This document shows positions 44,397 through 55,000 of a DNA stretch of 64,000 nt, one piece after another. The stretch covers positions 1-64,000 of the forward strand of contig CALBRH010000055.1 of assembly GCA_937899865.1 (NCBI GenBank), in the 5' to 3' direction. Position 1 is the stretch's first letter. Each line of letters begins with the position of its first letter. The stretch comes from an uncultured euryarchaeote (lineage in GTDB: Archaea; Thermoplasmatota; Poseidoniia; Poseidoniales; Poseidoniaceae). The notes below the pieces were generated by a model. The model saw nothing but the letters and a program-made list of their open reading frames with translations. It searched no databases and was not told where the DNA came from. A program made the translations under genes and the position numbers.

Positions 44397-45461
44397 ATGC
44401 AGATTTTGAAACGCGAATCGATGCTTTGGCGATTGCGTATAAACACAGATGATGACCTATGGTCACTAGCAAGATTAGCACGTAAAGGCATGTCACTTGC
44501 TATGCTCGGTGAACGTCGAGACCAAACTACTGGAGGCGAAGAAGGTGGAAGAGCAAAGTCTGCTGAACGGAAAAGAATGTGGATCAAATTGCGCATTGAA
44601 ACTACTGAATATCAATCATTTAGTGAATTTCTTCGTGTTCATGGAATAATTGAAGAAGCAAAATTTGACATTGGGAGCCATCACACTCACAATATTACTA
44701 CTGGTGACGAGATAGAATTAACTTGTCTAACACCCTTTTTAGAAACCGATAATCAATTACTTAAGCAAGCCATTGAGGCTGCAAAACAAGTACAAATCGC
44801 ACTCATTGTAGTGGAGAATGATGAAGTAATACTATTCCATATAACGCCTCGAGGTCTTAGAGAATCGACTACTTGGACAATGCGAGGTGGTGGAAAACGA
44901 GTTGATATTAGAGAATCAACTGGTGTTGCTAAGGGTTTTCGTGAAAAGGTAATCAGCGAATTAACTGCATCACTGGATGATGAAACACCACTGATTTTGT
45001 GTGGTCCTGGCCATGCTAGAGAGATCTTGTTGAACGAATTAAAAGCATCTGGCCAAACTAGATTTATGTCATCTTTGGCTACTTCGATGTCAGGAAGAGC
45101 TGGTGCTAACGAAGTTTTGCGAGAAGGATTAGCTGGAAACTTGCTAGAAGATTATGCAATTTCCAAAGAGATTGCCCTTCTTGAAGAAGCATGGAAACGA
45201 ATCTCAACTAATGGAAATATTGCTTATGGCAAGCAAGAACTAAACAGAGCACTCAATGAAGGAGCAATAGAAACATTGCTGATTTCTGCTGACTTATTAC
45301 GCGATGAAGAGTCTACTATCAATGGGCTTAGTTGGCAAAACTGGTGCCAAAAATTAACTGAATTTGGTGGAGAAATGGTTCAATGCTCAACCGACCATGA
45401 TTCCGGACAGCAATTGCTTGGTATTGGTGGAGCAATTGCCTTATTACGGTTCAAAATTTAG
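44397..45461 (+). CDS. pelA: Archaeal pelota (mRNA surveillance / ribosome rescue)
   Basis: DDLWSL, RRD...ERKRMWIKL, LRVHGII, GSHHT, LCGPG, AYG, GAIETLLISADL, GQQLLGIGGAIALLRF. Confidence 0.9.
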   Translation: MQILKRESMLWRLRINTDDDLWSLARLARKGMSLAMLGERRDQTTGGEEGGRAKSAERKRMWIKLRIETTEYQSFSEFLRVHGIIEEAKFDIGSHHTHNITTGDEIELTCLTPFLETDNQLLKQAIEAAKQVQIALIVVENDEVILFHITPRGLRESTTWTMRGGGKRVDIRESTGVAKGFREKVISELTASLDDETPLILCGPGHAREILLNELKASGQTRFMSSLATSMSGRAGANEVLREGLAGNLLEDYAISKEIALLEEAWKRISTNGNIAYGKQELNRALNEGAIETLLISADLLRDEESTINGLSWQNWCQKLTEFGGEMVQCSTDHDSGQQLLGIGGAIALLRFKI

Positions 45462-45469
45462 GTGTTAAT

Positions 45470-45787
45470 GTGAAGATTGTACACTTTTCTGAATTTCAAA
45501 AGGTTGAGGATTTAGCAATCCTTGATGGTGCCAGGTGGTTATTGATTAATCATCAAGACTTAGATGACGCTGCTGCTGTAATATTTCACAGTGAGTTACT
45601 CGATATCTTAGTAGGTGTAGATCACAGAGGTGCCAAAATTAGCGATGGCTTGTGGCAAAGAGCGGTCCATCTTATCCTAGTTGATGGTAACTTTGAACAG
45701 GCTACTGAAGAGGAATTGTGCCAAAGAACCGGGATAACAAAAGTTATTGTTGATGCTTTAGATGATATTGAATCATATTGCTATTAG
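45470..45787 (+). CDS. Hypothetical protein (105 aa)
   Basis: GTG start 8 nt after the pelota stop, with an AGGTG SD-like site; ends 2 nt before the tRNA-Val 3' end. Confidence 0.6.
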   Translation: MKIVHFSEFQKVEDLAILDGARWLLINHQDLDDAAAVIFHSELLDILVGVDHRGAKISDGLWQRAVHLILVDGNFEQATEEELCQRTGITKVIVDALDDIESYCY

Positions 45788-45789
45788 TA

Positions 45790-45866
45790 TGGTGGGTCCG
45801 GAGGGAATTGAACCCTCGATCTTCGCCTTGTAAGGGCGACGTCATAAACCCCTAGACCACAGACCC
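45790..45866 (-). tRNA. tRNA-Val(TAC), CCA encoded, no intron
   Basis: Reverse complement is GGGTCTGTGGTCTAGGGGTTTATGACGTCGCCCTTACAAGGCGAAGATCGAGGGTTCAATTCCCTCCGGACCCACCA; anticodon arm TCGCC-CTTACAA-GGCGA. Confidence 0.95.
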
Positions 45867-45944
45867 AGCCTTCCGTGTGGACTCTCATTATTGAATGCAA
45901 CGCATGCGTTAACCTCAAAACCAAGTGACTCGACGGGGTATTGA

Positions 45945-46631
45945 ATGGATGAAGATATCCAAGCAGCGGCAGCCAGGCTGGTTAGACGGCTGAAAGAAGG
46001 TGGTCACACTATTACTGTGGCGGAATCATGCACTGGTGGCTTACTTGCCAGTGCGTTTACCGATATTGCAGGTGCAAGTAATTGGTTTAACCAGTCTTGG
46101 GTAACATATTCCAATGATGCAAAAGTGTCTGAACTAAATGTGGAACAAGAGACTTTGGAAAAGCATGGTGCTGTTTCGGCTAAAGTAGCTATTGAAATGG
46201 CTAAAGGTGCTCTTGAACAATCTAATGCAGATATGGCTATCTCAATTACTGGTATCGCTGGACCTGGTAACGATAGTACAACCAAGAAAGTCGGTACGGT
46301 TTATGTCGGAATCGCTTCAAATACTTGGGCAAATGCGGTATCTACTCAAATTGGAGGTAATCGTTCAGAAAACAAAATTGGTTTTGTTCACTTCGCGTTA
46401 TTGTCTGCAATCGAACTTTGGGATGATGCAATGGAAAAGGCAGAGGCAAATCGTAAGAAATTAGCCGAAATTGAAGCGGAAAAGGAACAGGCAAGAGCCG
46501 CTTTTGAAGTTGAACGTGCTAAGCGAGAAGCTGCAGCAAAGCAATCTGCACCTTGGCAAGATGAATCATGGAGTGGAGATTTACCAGAAGGTGAGGATGA
46601 ATCAATTGGTGAAGAAGTAGAGTGGAATTAA
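45945..46631 (+). CDS. pncC: CinA C-terminal / PncC nicotinamide-nucleotide amidohydrolase with a C-terminal coiled-coil and acidic extension
   Basis: TITVAESCTGG, VTYSNDAK, HGAVS, SITGIAGPG, GTVYVG. Confidence 0.88.
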   Translation: MDEDIQAAAARLVRRLKEGGHTITVAESCTGGLLASAFTDIAGASNWFNQSWVTYSNDAKVSELNVEQETLEKHGAVSAKVAIEMAKGALEQSNADMAISITGIAGPGNDSTTKKVGTVYVGIASNTWANAVSTQIGGNRSENKIGFVHFALLSAIELWDDAMEKAEANRKKLAEIEAEKEQARAAFEVERAKREAAAKQSAPWQDESWSGDLPEGEDESIGEEVEWN

Positions 46632-46659
46632 ACACAATTTCAACCGATTTGCTTTTGGA

Positions 46660-48288
46660 GTGACGACTTTACCAAAATCTATGGCAGCGACATCTGAAGA
46701 TATTGTCAATCTGTTGCGCCAAAGAAGAATCATCGCTTCCAGTCAAATTGTCGATAGTTTACGTGAACATTCAGATCCTACTAAGTTATTGGACTTGGGT
46801 TCTCAAATCGATTTTCATAGAGGTGTTCTAACCCAAGAAATATTTGAAAAATTAACCGCATTATTCCCACAAGATAATCAAAAGACTAATTTGACCTCAA
46901 CACCAAAACTAAGCTCCAGTGAATCTCCAACTGATTTAGGTAGAATAATTGCACCAATTGCAGCACCTGAACCATTGGATATTGAATTTAGAAATAATCT
47001 ACCAGATTGGGACGAATCCGACTATAGTTGTCTAGCAGTAGATGCTCCTACAGATATCACTGTTCACTATGACATTACTGGAAAGAGTACAACTGAAGGA
47101 AAAATGAACGATATTACTGCATGTTTCTCAGATAGATTGAACAAGATTAGGGAAATGATTGTCAAAAACTCAAAATTACCACGCCGACCTACTGAAGTAT
47201 CTCGTCTATTAAGAGAGAAACATAGGTACCAAGGTTATGATAACAAAGCCGTAGCAATTGGTTTAGTTAACGAACCAAGATATACCAAAAACGGACATCT
47301 AATGTGGAGTTTAGAGGATGAAACCGGTGAATTACGGTGCATGTTATACAAACCTAATAGTGAAAATCGTGATAAACATCAAGAGCAAATAATAGAGGCT
47401 GGATTAATGCCAGATGACGTAATTGGGGTATCTGGAAACTTCAATCAATCTGGAGAAATATTTGTCGTTGATGACTTGCATTTCCCAATGAAGGAGAGAC
47501 ATCAAAAAGCGTCCTCACCATTTGGCATTAGTGTCGCATTTTTATCTGATGTACATGTTGGTTCGAAGACCTTCTTAGAGGCTCAATGGCACAAAATGGT
47601 TAGATGGTTCCATAGTGATCCTTTAGCCAAGACCATCAAGTATCTGGTTTTATCAGGTGATTGCGTTGATGGAGTAGGAATATATCCAGGTCAAGATAAG
47701 GAATTATCAATTCCAGATTTGTTTGCCCAATACTCTGAATTTGCTCGATTGCTGGAGTTACTACCTGATTGGGTAGAGTGCATAATGTTGCCAGGCAATC
47801 ACGATGCAGTAAGACCTGCTGAACCTCAGCCAACCTTTGAAAAAGATATTCAGCAAGATTACAATACAACCACATTTGTTGGTAATCCTTGTGATTTTTC
47901 CTTACATGGTGTAAGATTATTATCCTATCATGGTAAATCGATTGATGACTTTGTTGCCGGTCTCAAAACTGTAACTTATTCAGACCCTGTTGAAGCTATG
48001 CGACAAATGCTGAGAAGAAGACATCTTGCTCCTCAATGGGGGGGTAAAACCCCATTATCTCCAGAACCTGAAGACGGTTTGGTAATCAATGAAGTACCAG
48101 ACATATTTGTTACTGGTCACGTTCACGGTCACGCTTGTGTTGATTACAAAGGTACAACACTTGTTTGTTCAAGCACTTGGCAAGATCAAACATCATACCA
48201 AAGAATGCTAGGTTTCCAACCAAAGCCATGTATGTTGACTATTGTAAATCTACAGAGCCATGCCACAACTTCAATTCCGTTTGTGTGA
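46660..48288 (+). CDS. polB: DNA polymerase D small (proofreading) subunit DP1
   Basis: OB-fold (LEDETGE) plus calcineurin-like phosphoesterase motifs SDVHVGS, GDCVDG, PGNHD, YHG, GHVH, HLAP. Confidence 0.95.
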   Translation: MTTLPKSMAATSEDIVNLLRQRRIIASSQIVDSLREHSDPTKLLDLGSQIDFHRGVLTQEIFEKLTALFPQDNQKTNLTSTPKLSSSESPTDLGRIIAPIAAPEPLDIEFRNNLPDWDESDYSCLAVDAPTDITVHYDITGKSTTEGKMNDITACFSDRLNKIREMIVKNSKLPRRPTEVSRLLREKHRYQGYDNKAVAIGLVNEPRYTKNGHLMWSLEDETGELRCMLYKPNSENRDKHQEQIIEAGLMPDDVIGVSGNFNQSGEIFVVDDLHFPMKERHQKASSPFGISVAFLSDVHVGSKTFLEAQWHKMVRWFHSDPLAKTIKYLVLSGDCVDGVGIYPGQDKELSIPDLFAQYSEFARLLELLPDWVECIMLPGNHDAVRPAEPQPTFEKDIQQDYNTTTFVGNPCDFSLHGVRLLSYHGKSIDDFVAGLKTVTYSDPVEAMRQMLRRRHLAPQWGGKTPLSPEPEDGLVINEVPDIFVTGHVHGHACVDYKGTTLVCSSTWQDQTSYQRMLGFQPKPCMLTIVNLQSHATTSIPFV

Positions 48289-48289
48289 T

Positions 48290-48955
48290 TTAGTTTAGCC
48301 CTAAATGTGGCTTAAGTTTGAGTAAATTCTTTTCAAAAACAATAGGAACGCCAGCATCTTGGAATGCCGATAAAGATGATTCCCTTGATGGGTTAAAACC
48401 GATGAATCGACTTCCTTCGACCTGCATAGAGAGGTCCATTTCAGAGTCTCCAACAGAAACACAGTCTTTGGCATCAAAACCTTGCATATTGAGTATTTTG
48501 TCAATGATTACGTCTTTTTTACTGGCATGTAGGCGACAAATTCCTTCATCAGAAAGTGTATCATCGTCATTGAACTTGAAACCGTTTGCAATCCAGTCAT
48601 CGACCTTCAGCATTGCTGCTATTGATGAAACAAATAAATCAACACCTGCACTAACTATGGCAACGAATATTCCTGCTTCTTTCAACTCTTGAATCAATTC
48701 TTTAGCACCTGGCATTATCTTGACACCAGAATATGAACGAAATAATTCATCTCGAAAAATCGGATCTTTGATTTCCTTCCACATTTGTATATCTGAACGC
48801 ATGAATTCAACGTCTGTCAATTCACCATTAATGAAACGCTGCAGATTGAGAGAATTATCTGTACCAAAATAATCGTGTAATGTTTTCCAAGAGCTAACTG
48901 AGTCAACAAGAACTCCATCACAATCGAACACTACCACTTTTGGTACATCAACCAT
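48290..48955 (-). CDS. HAD-superfamily hydrolase, phosphoserine phosphatase-like
   Basis: VFDCDGVL (motif I), IVSAG (II), K (III), VGDSEMD (IV). Confidence 0.88.
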   Translation of the reverse strand: MVDVPKVVVFDCDGVLVDSVSSWKTLHDYFGTDNSLNLQRFINGELTDVEFMRSDIQMWKEIKDPIFRDELFRSYSGVKIMPGAKELIQELKEAGIFVAIVSAGVDLFVSSIAAMLKVDDWIANGFKFNDDDTLSDEGICRLHASKKDVIIDKILNMQGFDAKDCVSVGDSEMDLSMQVEGSRFIGFNPSRESSLSAFQDAGVPIVFEKNLLKLKPHLGLN

Positions 48956-49037
48956 GTACGCTACCAGAAGTTACAATACAAAAACACTCGTCATATACCG
49001 CAATAGTTGGCACTGAATAAACGTCAGGTCAAGTACG

Positions 49038-49065
49038 CAGTGAGAGGGCCGAAACCCTCCCACTG
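49038..49065 (-). terminator. GC-rich hairpin 30 nt downstream of the giant gene (terminator or 3'-stabilising stem-loop)
   Basis: Minus strand reads CAGTGGGAGGG-TTTCGG-CCCTCTCACTG: an 11-bp stem with one G-U pair that forms only on the minus strand, and a U(UUCG)G loop. Confidence 0.6.
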
Positions 49066-49094
49066 TCGTCTTGTCTTTATCTCTATTAGTCAAT

Positions 49095-52000
49095 TCAGAC
49101 TGGTTGGTTCCAAGTTAGACCAGTGTAGGTCTTCAAGACAGCACCTTGTGTATCTCCACTTGGTGAGTAGACGATCCTAACAGTTGCATCAACTAGTTTG
49201 TGACCATCAGCAGTTTGAGTCTTGACGTAGATGTCATCTCCTGTACTAAAGGAAGAGATTGTCTCATCTTCATCAATTGTAACTACATCACCAAAGGTTA
49301 CCAAAGAATCGCTGTTGAACGGAGAGAATCCGTAAACATGGTCTGTGGAAGCAAGGTTAGTTGTTTCTGAAACTATCTGACCACTTGCATCTTCATAGAT
49401 TACTGTTACTTCAACAGCTTGTGTTGCCAATACAGTTTGTGCTTGACCAACGGTAATCTTCCAGTGATCTGTTGCAGCACTACCTGTATCAACATTCTCA
49501 GCTGAGAAAGTCACTCTTGGTACACCCTTAGTATCTGTGTCAGCAAGTTGAGCTGCCCAAACATATACAACACCGGATAGAACAACAGTGATCGCAACCA
49601 TCAAGATAGTTGCAATAACTGGGCTCACAGCAGCATCATCATCTGAAATTTGCTTCTCAACAAATTCTTCTTCATCATCATCTCTGCGTCCAGCAAGGAC
49701 AAGAGCGCTAACAAACAAGCCAGTTAGAGCAACTGCAATGATACTTGGTGCGAATGAAGCAACTGATAGAGCACCGATTGTTGTCACCGTAACTGGTAGA
49801 GCAACATCAGCAGTTTGCCAGTCTTCAGCAAATGCGCCATTGTATCCTTGTTCTGTGTGTTGACATGCGGAAGATTCACTCCATGCAACTTCATTACCGC
49901 CGTTAGTAGACATCATGTTGTTACACCAGTTCTTATCTTCAAATGCTGGTCTTCTGTTAGATTGTTGACCATTAGCATCTTCACCGATTCTACCAGGTTC
50001 AGACCACTTTCCGAATACTTGATTGCTTGAAACAGCATTGTGTGATTCAGGGTTGTCAGTTTGAACTTCGTTAACAGTACAGAGATCAGCTGCATTTGGA
50101 GTACAGGTAACTACATCAACTTCTACCCAAACCTCAGTGGTCATGTCAGTGATGTAAACTTCCCAGTTCTCAATATCCAGTGATTCACCGAATGCAGGTG
50201 GTGTGAAGTATTGTGGTAGTTCAATCTCAGTGTGTCCGTCAGAATGCAGAGATACAACCAATAGATGATCGTATGTGTAGTCACCGTTGTCGCCACCAGC
50301 ATAGATGCTGAAGTCAACAGGTACATATGTTCCAGGCATTACATTATTGACGCCGTTGAAGTCAAATCCTTCATTCTCGTCAAGGTAGTAATCTGGTACA
50401 TTCTCAGCAACGTTGTCAACTTCTACAGACAGAGTTACTGATACAGACTCTTGTTGGTAGTTGTTTGGCGCATAGCCTTGTTGTTCTAACAATTCGTAGT
50501 TAGGCATGTAGCTTGGTGGATTCTCAGAATCTAATAGTGTCAATGTCATCTCACAACGTCCGTTAGCTGTTCTTGTTTGATGAATACCGTTGTTGTTCAG
50601 CATATCAACTTCCCAAGGTTCAGCATTTGTTGTAGCGTCCTTAATCAGAGTGAATTCTAGAATATCACCATTGATTTGAGTTGTGTAGTAGTTAGATGAA
50701 TCACAGGTATTAGTATCTTCTAGAGTCCATGACAGGTCTGCATCTAGATGGTCGATATCGGACTTAATGCTAGATAGATCGAAAGTCAATGCATTTGCAT
50801 CTATTGTATCCTCTACAAGGTCTAATCTGTAGTCGCTAGTTCCTGGAACACCCTGGAAAGAGTTGCTACCATCTGCGGAGTCAACAACTCCTTCAGAAGC
50901 GATTACTGGCACATCATTAACTGGTGCAACAGCGAACTGTACTACTACAGGTGTTGCATCGGTATTTTCAGCACCATCATCAGATAGTGTTAGTGTAATG
51001 TCACAAACACCACCATATTCCCAATTGGTGTTCTCAGTAATGACAATCTCATCGACTCCATTGACATTGGTCTGTAGAGCAACACTGATTTGATCACAAG
51101 TAGCAGTAGCGCCCCATGTGTAAACTTGGTTTACAGGGTATTGCTCATTTGCCATATCTCTGATAAACGAATTCATTGTATCGTTAGCAAGTTTACCTAG
51201 AGGCTTACTGTAACTTGCGAATCCTTCGTCTCTAGAGTTGTATCTTTCACCAGCAGCATCAACGTATAGATATAAATCGCCGTTGTCACAATCTGGGTCT
51301 ACAGAAGTTCTAGCATCACAGATTACAGGTGCATCGTTGATATTCTTTACAGTGTAAGTAATTGTCTTTGCTGCAGTCTGTCCGTGAGTGTCGACAACTT
51401 CGAAAGTCAAATCAAATGTACCGAATTGGTCATTGATCGGAGTTAACGATAGTGTTCCTGTTGTACCAGATACGTCGCTAAAGTCTGTCAGTATGTTTGC
51501 AAATGCATCCATATTGCTTTCAGTGACTTCCCATTCCATGTCTTCTTCAACATCTTGCTCATCATCAACAAATGTCGACAAGTCAAGGTCAAGTTGTGCA
51601 GAGTCTTCGCTAACCAATATGTCATCAAGCGCAGAGGTAATCTCTGGACATGCTCTGAGGATGTTAAAGGATAGAGAAGTGGTTGAATCCATTACAACAT
51701 TTGCTTCAGTATGCCAATCATAGTCACATGTATGTCTGATTTCAGCAGGTGTCTTAGCCATGATATTATAGTTGTGAGGTGTAGTAGGTGGGTTGCCAAA
51801 CTCGAATGAACGATGAAGTAGAACTTCATTAGTCATTGTACCGTCAGATAGATCTAACTTGTTAAGAGCTAATTCGTATGCACTATCAAAGGTTTCAGCA
51901 CCGGTTCCAACAATTGTACCTTGGTCTGGGCTTGCTGAGTTAACATTATCAGTTCCAGCATCTTGAATCGATGCTACGATATTCATTGCATCAACAGAAC

Positions 52001-55000
52001 CACCAATTGAAGCGAGTGGTACACTAACTTCTAGATATTGTCCTTGAGCAGATACTGCACTTGCACCTGGGTCTAATACCCAATTAGGAGCATTGTAGTA
52101 GTAGACATCCACGCCAGCAGAAGTCACGACAATTGCGAAGTCTGCATCATATGGTAGAGTGTGTACATTATTGTATCCGGTTGAACTACCAGCCATATCA
52201 TTGCTGTCTACATAAACGTAGACATCGCTTGCAGATGTGTCAACACTGTCAAATCCTAAGACAAGTGAACCCGAATCTGTTGTCACATACATTGGTCCAC
52301 CAACAAGACCTGGCATAGCATAGCCAGATGGATTTAGAGCATTGCCACCAACCCAATCATCACTATTACCATCTACAACCATTGTTGTAGTGAAAGTTGG
52401 TGATGAATAAGCCGAGTAATCTTCATCCGAGACGATTGATAAACCAACTTGTGCAGTTGGTTCGCCGCCAAGGTGATCTGCATCGATATTCAACCAGTTT
52501 GCCTCATCAACAATTGATGTTGCATCTGTTGAAACCTTAGCCGCATCAAGAGCCCAATCAATAACTGTCAATCGAGTATTGTCACGCGCATCAATCCAAG
52601 TGGTTGAACTTGCTGATTTTGCTGCAGATGCAGGACTGCTTGAACCGCCGGCAGGATCTGTTAATGATTGTACAGTTCCCTTGACATTTTCAGCAATCAT
52701 GATAGTATCAGCGTCAGCCTGACCAGCATCCCATAGAACTTCTGAATTCTTGGCATGGAAACCAACATTGCCAGTTACATCCATTGGATATAGCCAAGCA
52801 TAGTTGCTGTCCTCAACCATCAAACCAGTTCCAGTAGAGCCACCATCGAAAGTAGCACCGATTACTGAAACTTCAATGTCTTCGGTGTGAACACCAATTC
52901 CATTGTCACCAGCAGTGAAGGAAGCATCGCCAGTAATTGTCAAAATACCGCCACCTGTCTTGTGGATACCAGTCTCGAATCCAGACATAGTTGTACCATC
53001 AAGGTTTATGTCGAAGCCGAATGTATTATCATCATCAAATCCAACTGAACCAGACTGATCGCTACCAGTAATGACTGAGTTTTTATCATTCCAAATACAT
53101 CCATCATTAACAATTGCATTCTGTCCGATGTTGATTGTGTTCGCTTCGGTAAGAACCGCATACGACGAAACATCACAATTGGACAGTTGTATTCCAACTC
53201 CAAGCGGATTATTGTTTACGCTATCAAAGGTAATGGTATTATCCTTAATTGTTGGACCAACCCATGAGTTATCCTCTGGCATGGCTTCTTGCCATTGTAG
53301 AGCAGCTTCTCCACAGTAAGAACCACAGAATAGTCTAAATCTCATTTCATATCCTGGATCAAGAGTGACCTTGAGTACATCACTCTCTTGTCCAGAAGTA
53401 AATGGTATAGATGGATAAGCAGAGCTTATACAGTTGATTCTACCAGCCCATGTACCAAATGGTCCACCATAGTTGGTACTACTTGGCGCAGGTGCACCAG
53501 TAGTTGTTACCGCCCATGTACCTGCTGGTGCTACTTGCATACCTATGTTGGTATTACAGTTAGAACCAAATCCGTCACCATATTGGTCAATTCCAACAAA
53601 GTCATATGTTACTGGATCGTTACCTAGATTCTGTAGTAGTACTCCGTCCATAGTGTTAGAGTACGCTGTTGGGTAGTATGGGTTAGACGAATATCCGAGG
53701 TAAGGACCACGGTATCCTGGTCGAGTGTTCTGTATTCCAGCAACTCCAGGATCCCAGTAGTACATTGGGTTTGTATTAGGTCCAGAAGAAGTAGAAGCCC
53801 ATGTTCCAGTTTCACCTTGAACAATTTCGAATCCTCCACCGTTTGGACCATCACCATATGTGTCTAACAGATAGAACACGTATGTTCCTACTTGGTCCAA
53901 AACAATGTTTGGATTTCCGCTGTTCCAAGATTCTTCACCATCTTGTCCGAAGTTACCTGTTGCAGGATCCCAAACAGTCACAGTATTATCAGGTGCTGTG
54001 ATGTAAACTCTCAATTCAGAGGCCCATGTACCTGCGATTAAGCGAATAATCATTTCTTGTCCTACATCGTTTGTTGCATAAACGTCAGGAGAGACACAGG
54101 ATCTCCACCATGTAGGGAATGGACATGGATCACCAAATCCACCCCACTGTACGAATTGACCTGGAACGTTAGGGAAATCAGTGTTCACACCAGCAACAAC
54201 TTCAGTCACGAATTCAGTAGGTTTGGTTAACGAATCAGCAAGGATAGCATATTGACCTGGGTCAGTAATATCGTTACCTTCAACATTGAAATCACCGCCA
54301 ACAGCACTTATTGCAAAGTCTGATTGGTAATTGAAGTCATTATCGTTGATGTTCACTCTTTGAACTCCATCAGTACTTACACCATATGCTCCACCATTGA
54401 ATACGTTGGAGTCAATTAGAGCATTGAAAGATGTGTCGTCTTGGAATCTAACGTGTGAACAAGTTGAACATGTCATTACGTTGTTAGATAATACCATACC
54501 ATTGGTATCAGAATCAGCCCATCCCATGACATTTAGTCCTACAGTATCTACGAAAGTATTGCCATCGATAACAACATTGTTAGAACCAACAACTGTGTGA
54601 GCTGTTGATGATGTTCCATCATAGTATGAATCAATGAATGCTACACTCAGTACACAATTTGCGAATGTATTACCAGAAATTGTCGCTGAATCTATACCAC
54701 CAAGTCTCAAACAGTAGTCAGCATCTGAGAATAATGTAGGAGTAATTCCTAGATCTCTGTAGTAATAGATGAAGCTGTTCTTAACCTCGACAGTTGAAGG
54801 CACGTAAGTATTGAATGAACCGAAACTGGAGGAGTCTCTGTCACCAGTACCAGTTGCAAGACCGATGATGTTGTTGAAAGTTACACCATCAATGTCAAGA
54901 TTCAACGGGTTCTCATTGGTTCCTTGTAGACCACCAATTACCAGACCAACAACATCACCATTTGCAGTCTTAGGGTAAAGTCCGTTGACTTCACCACCAT

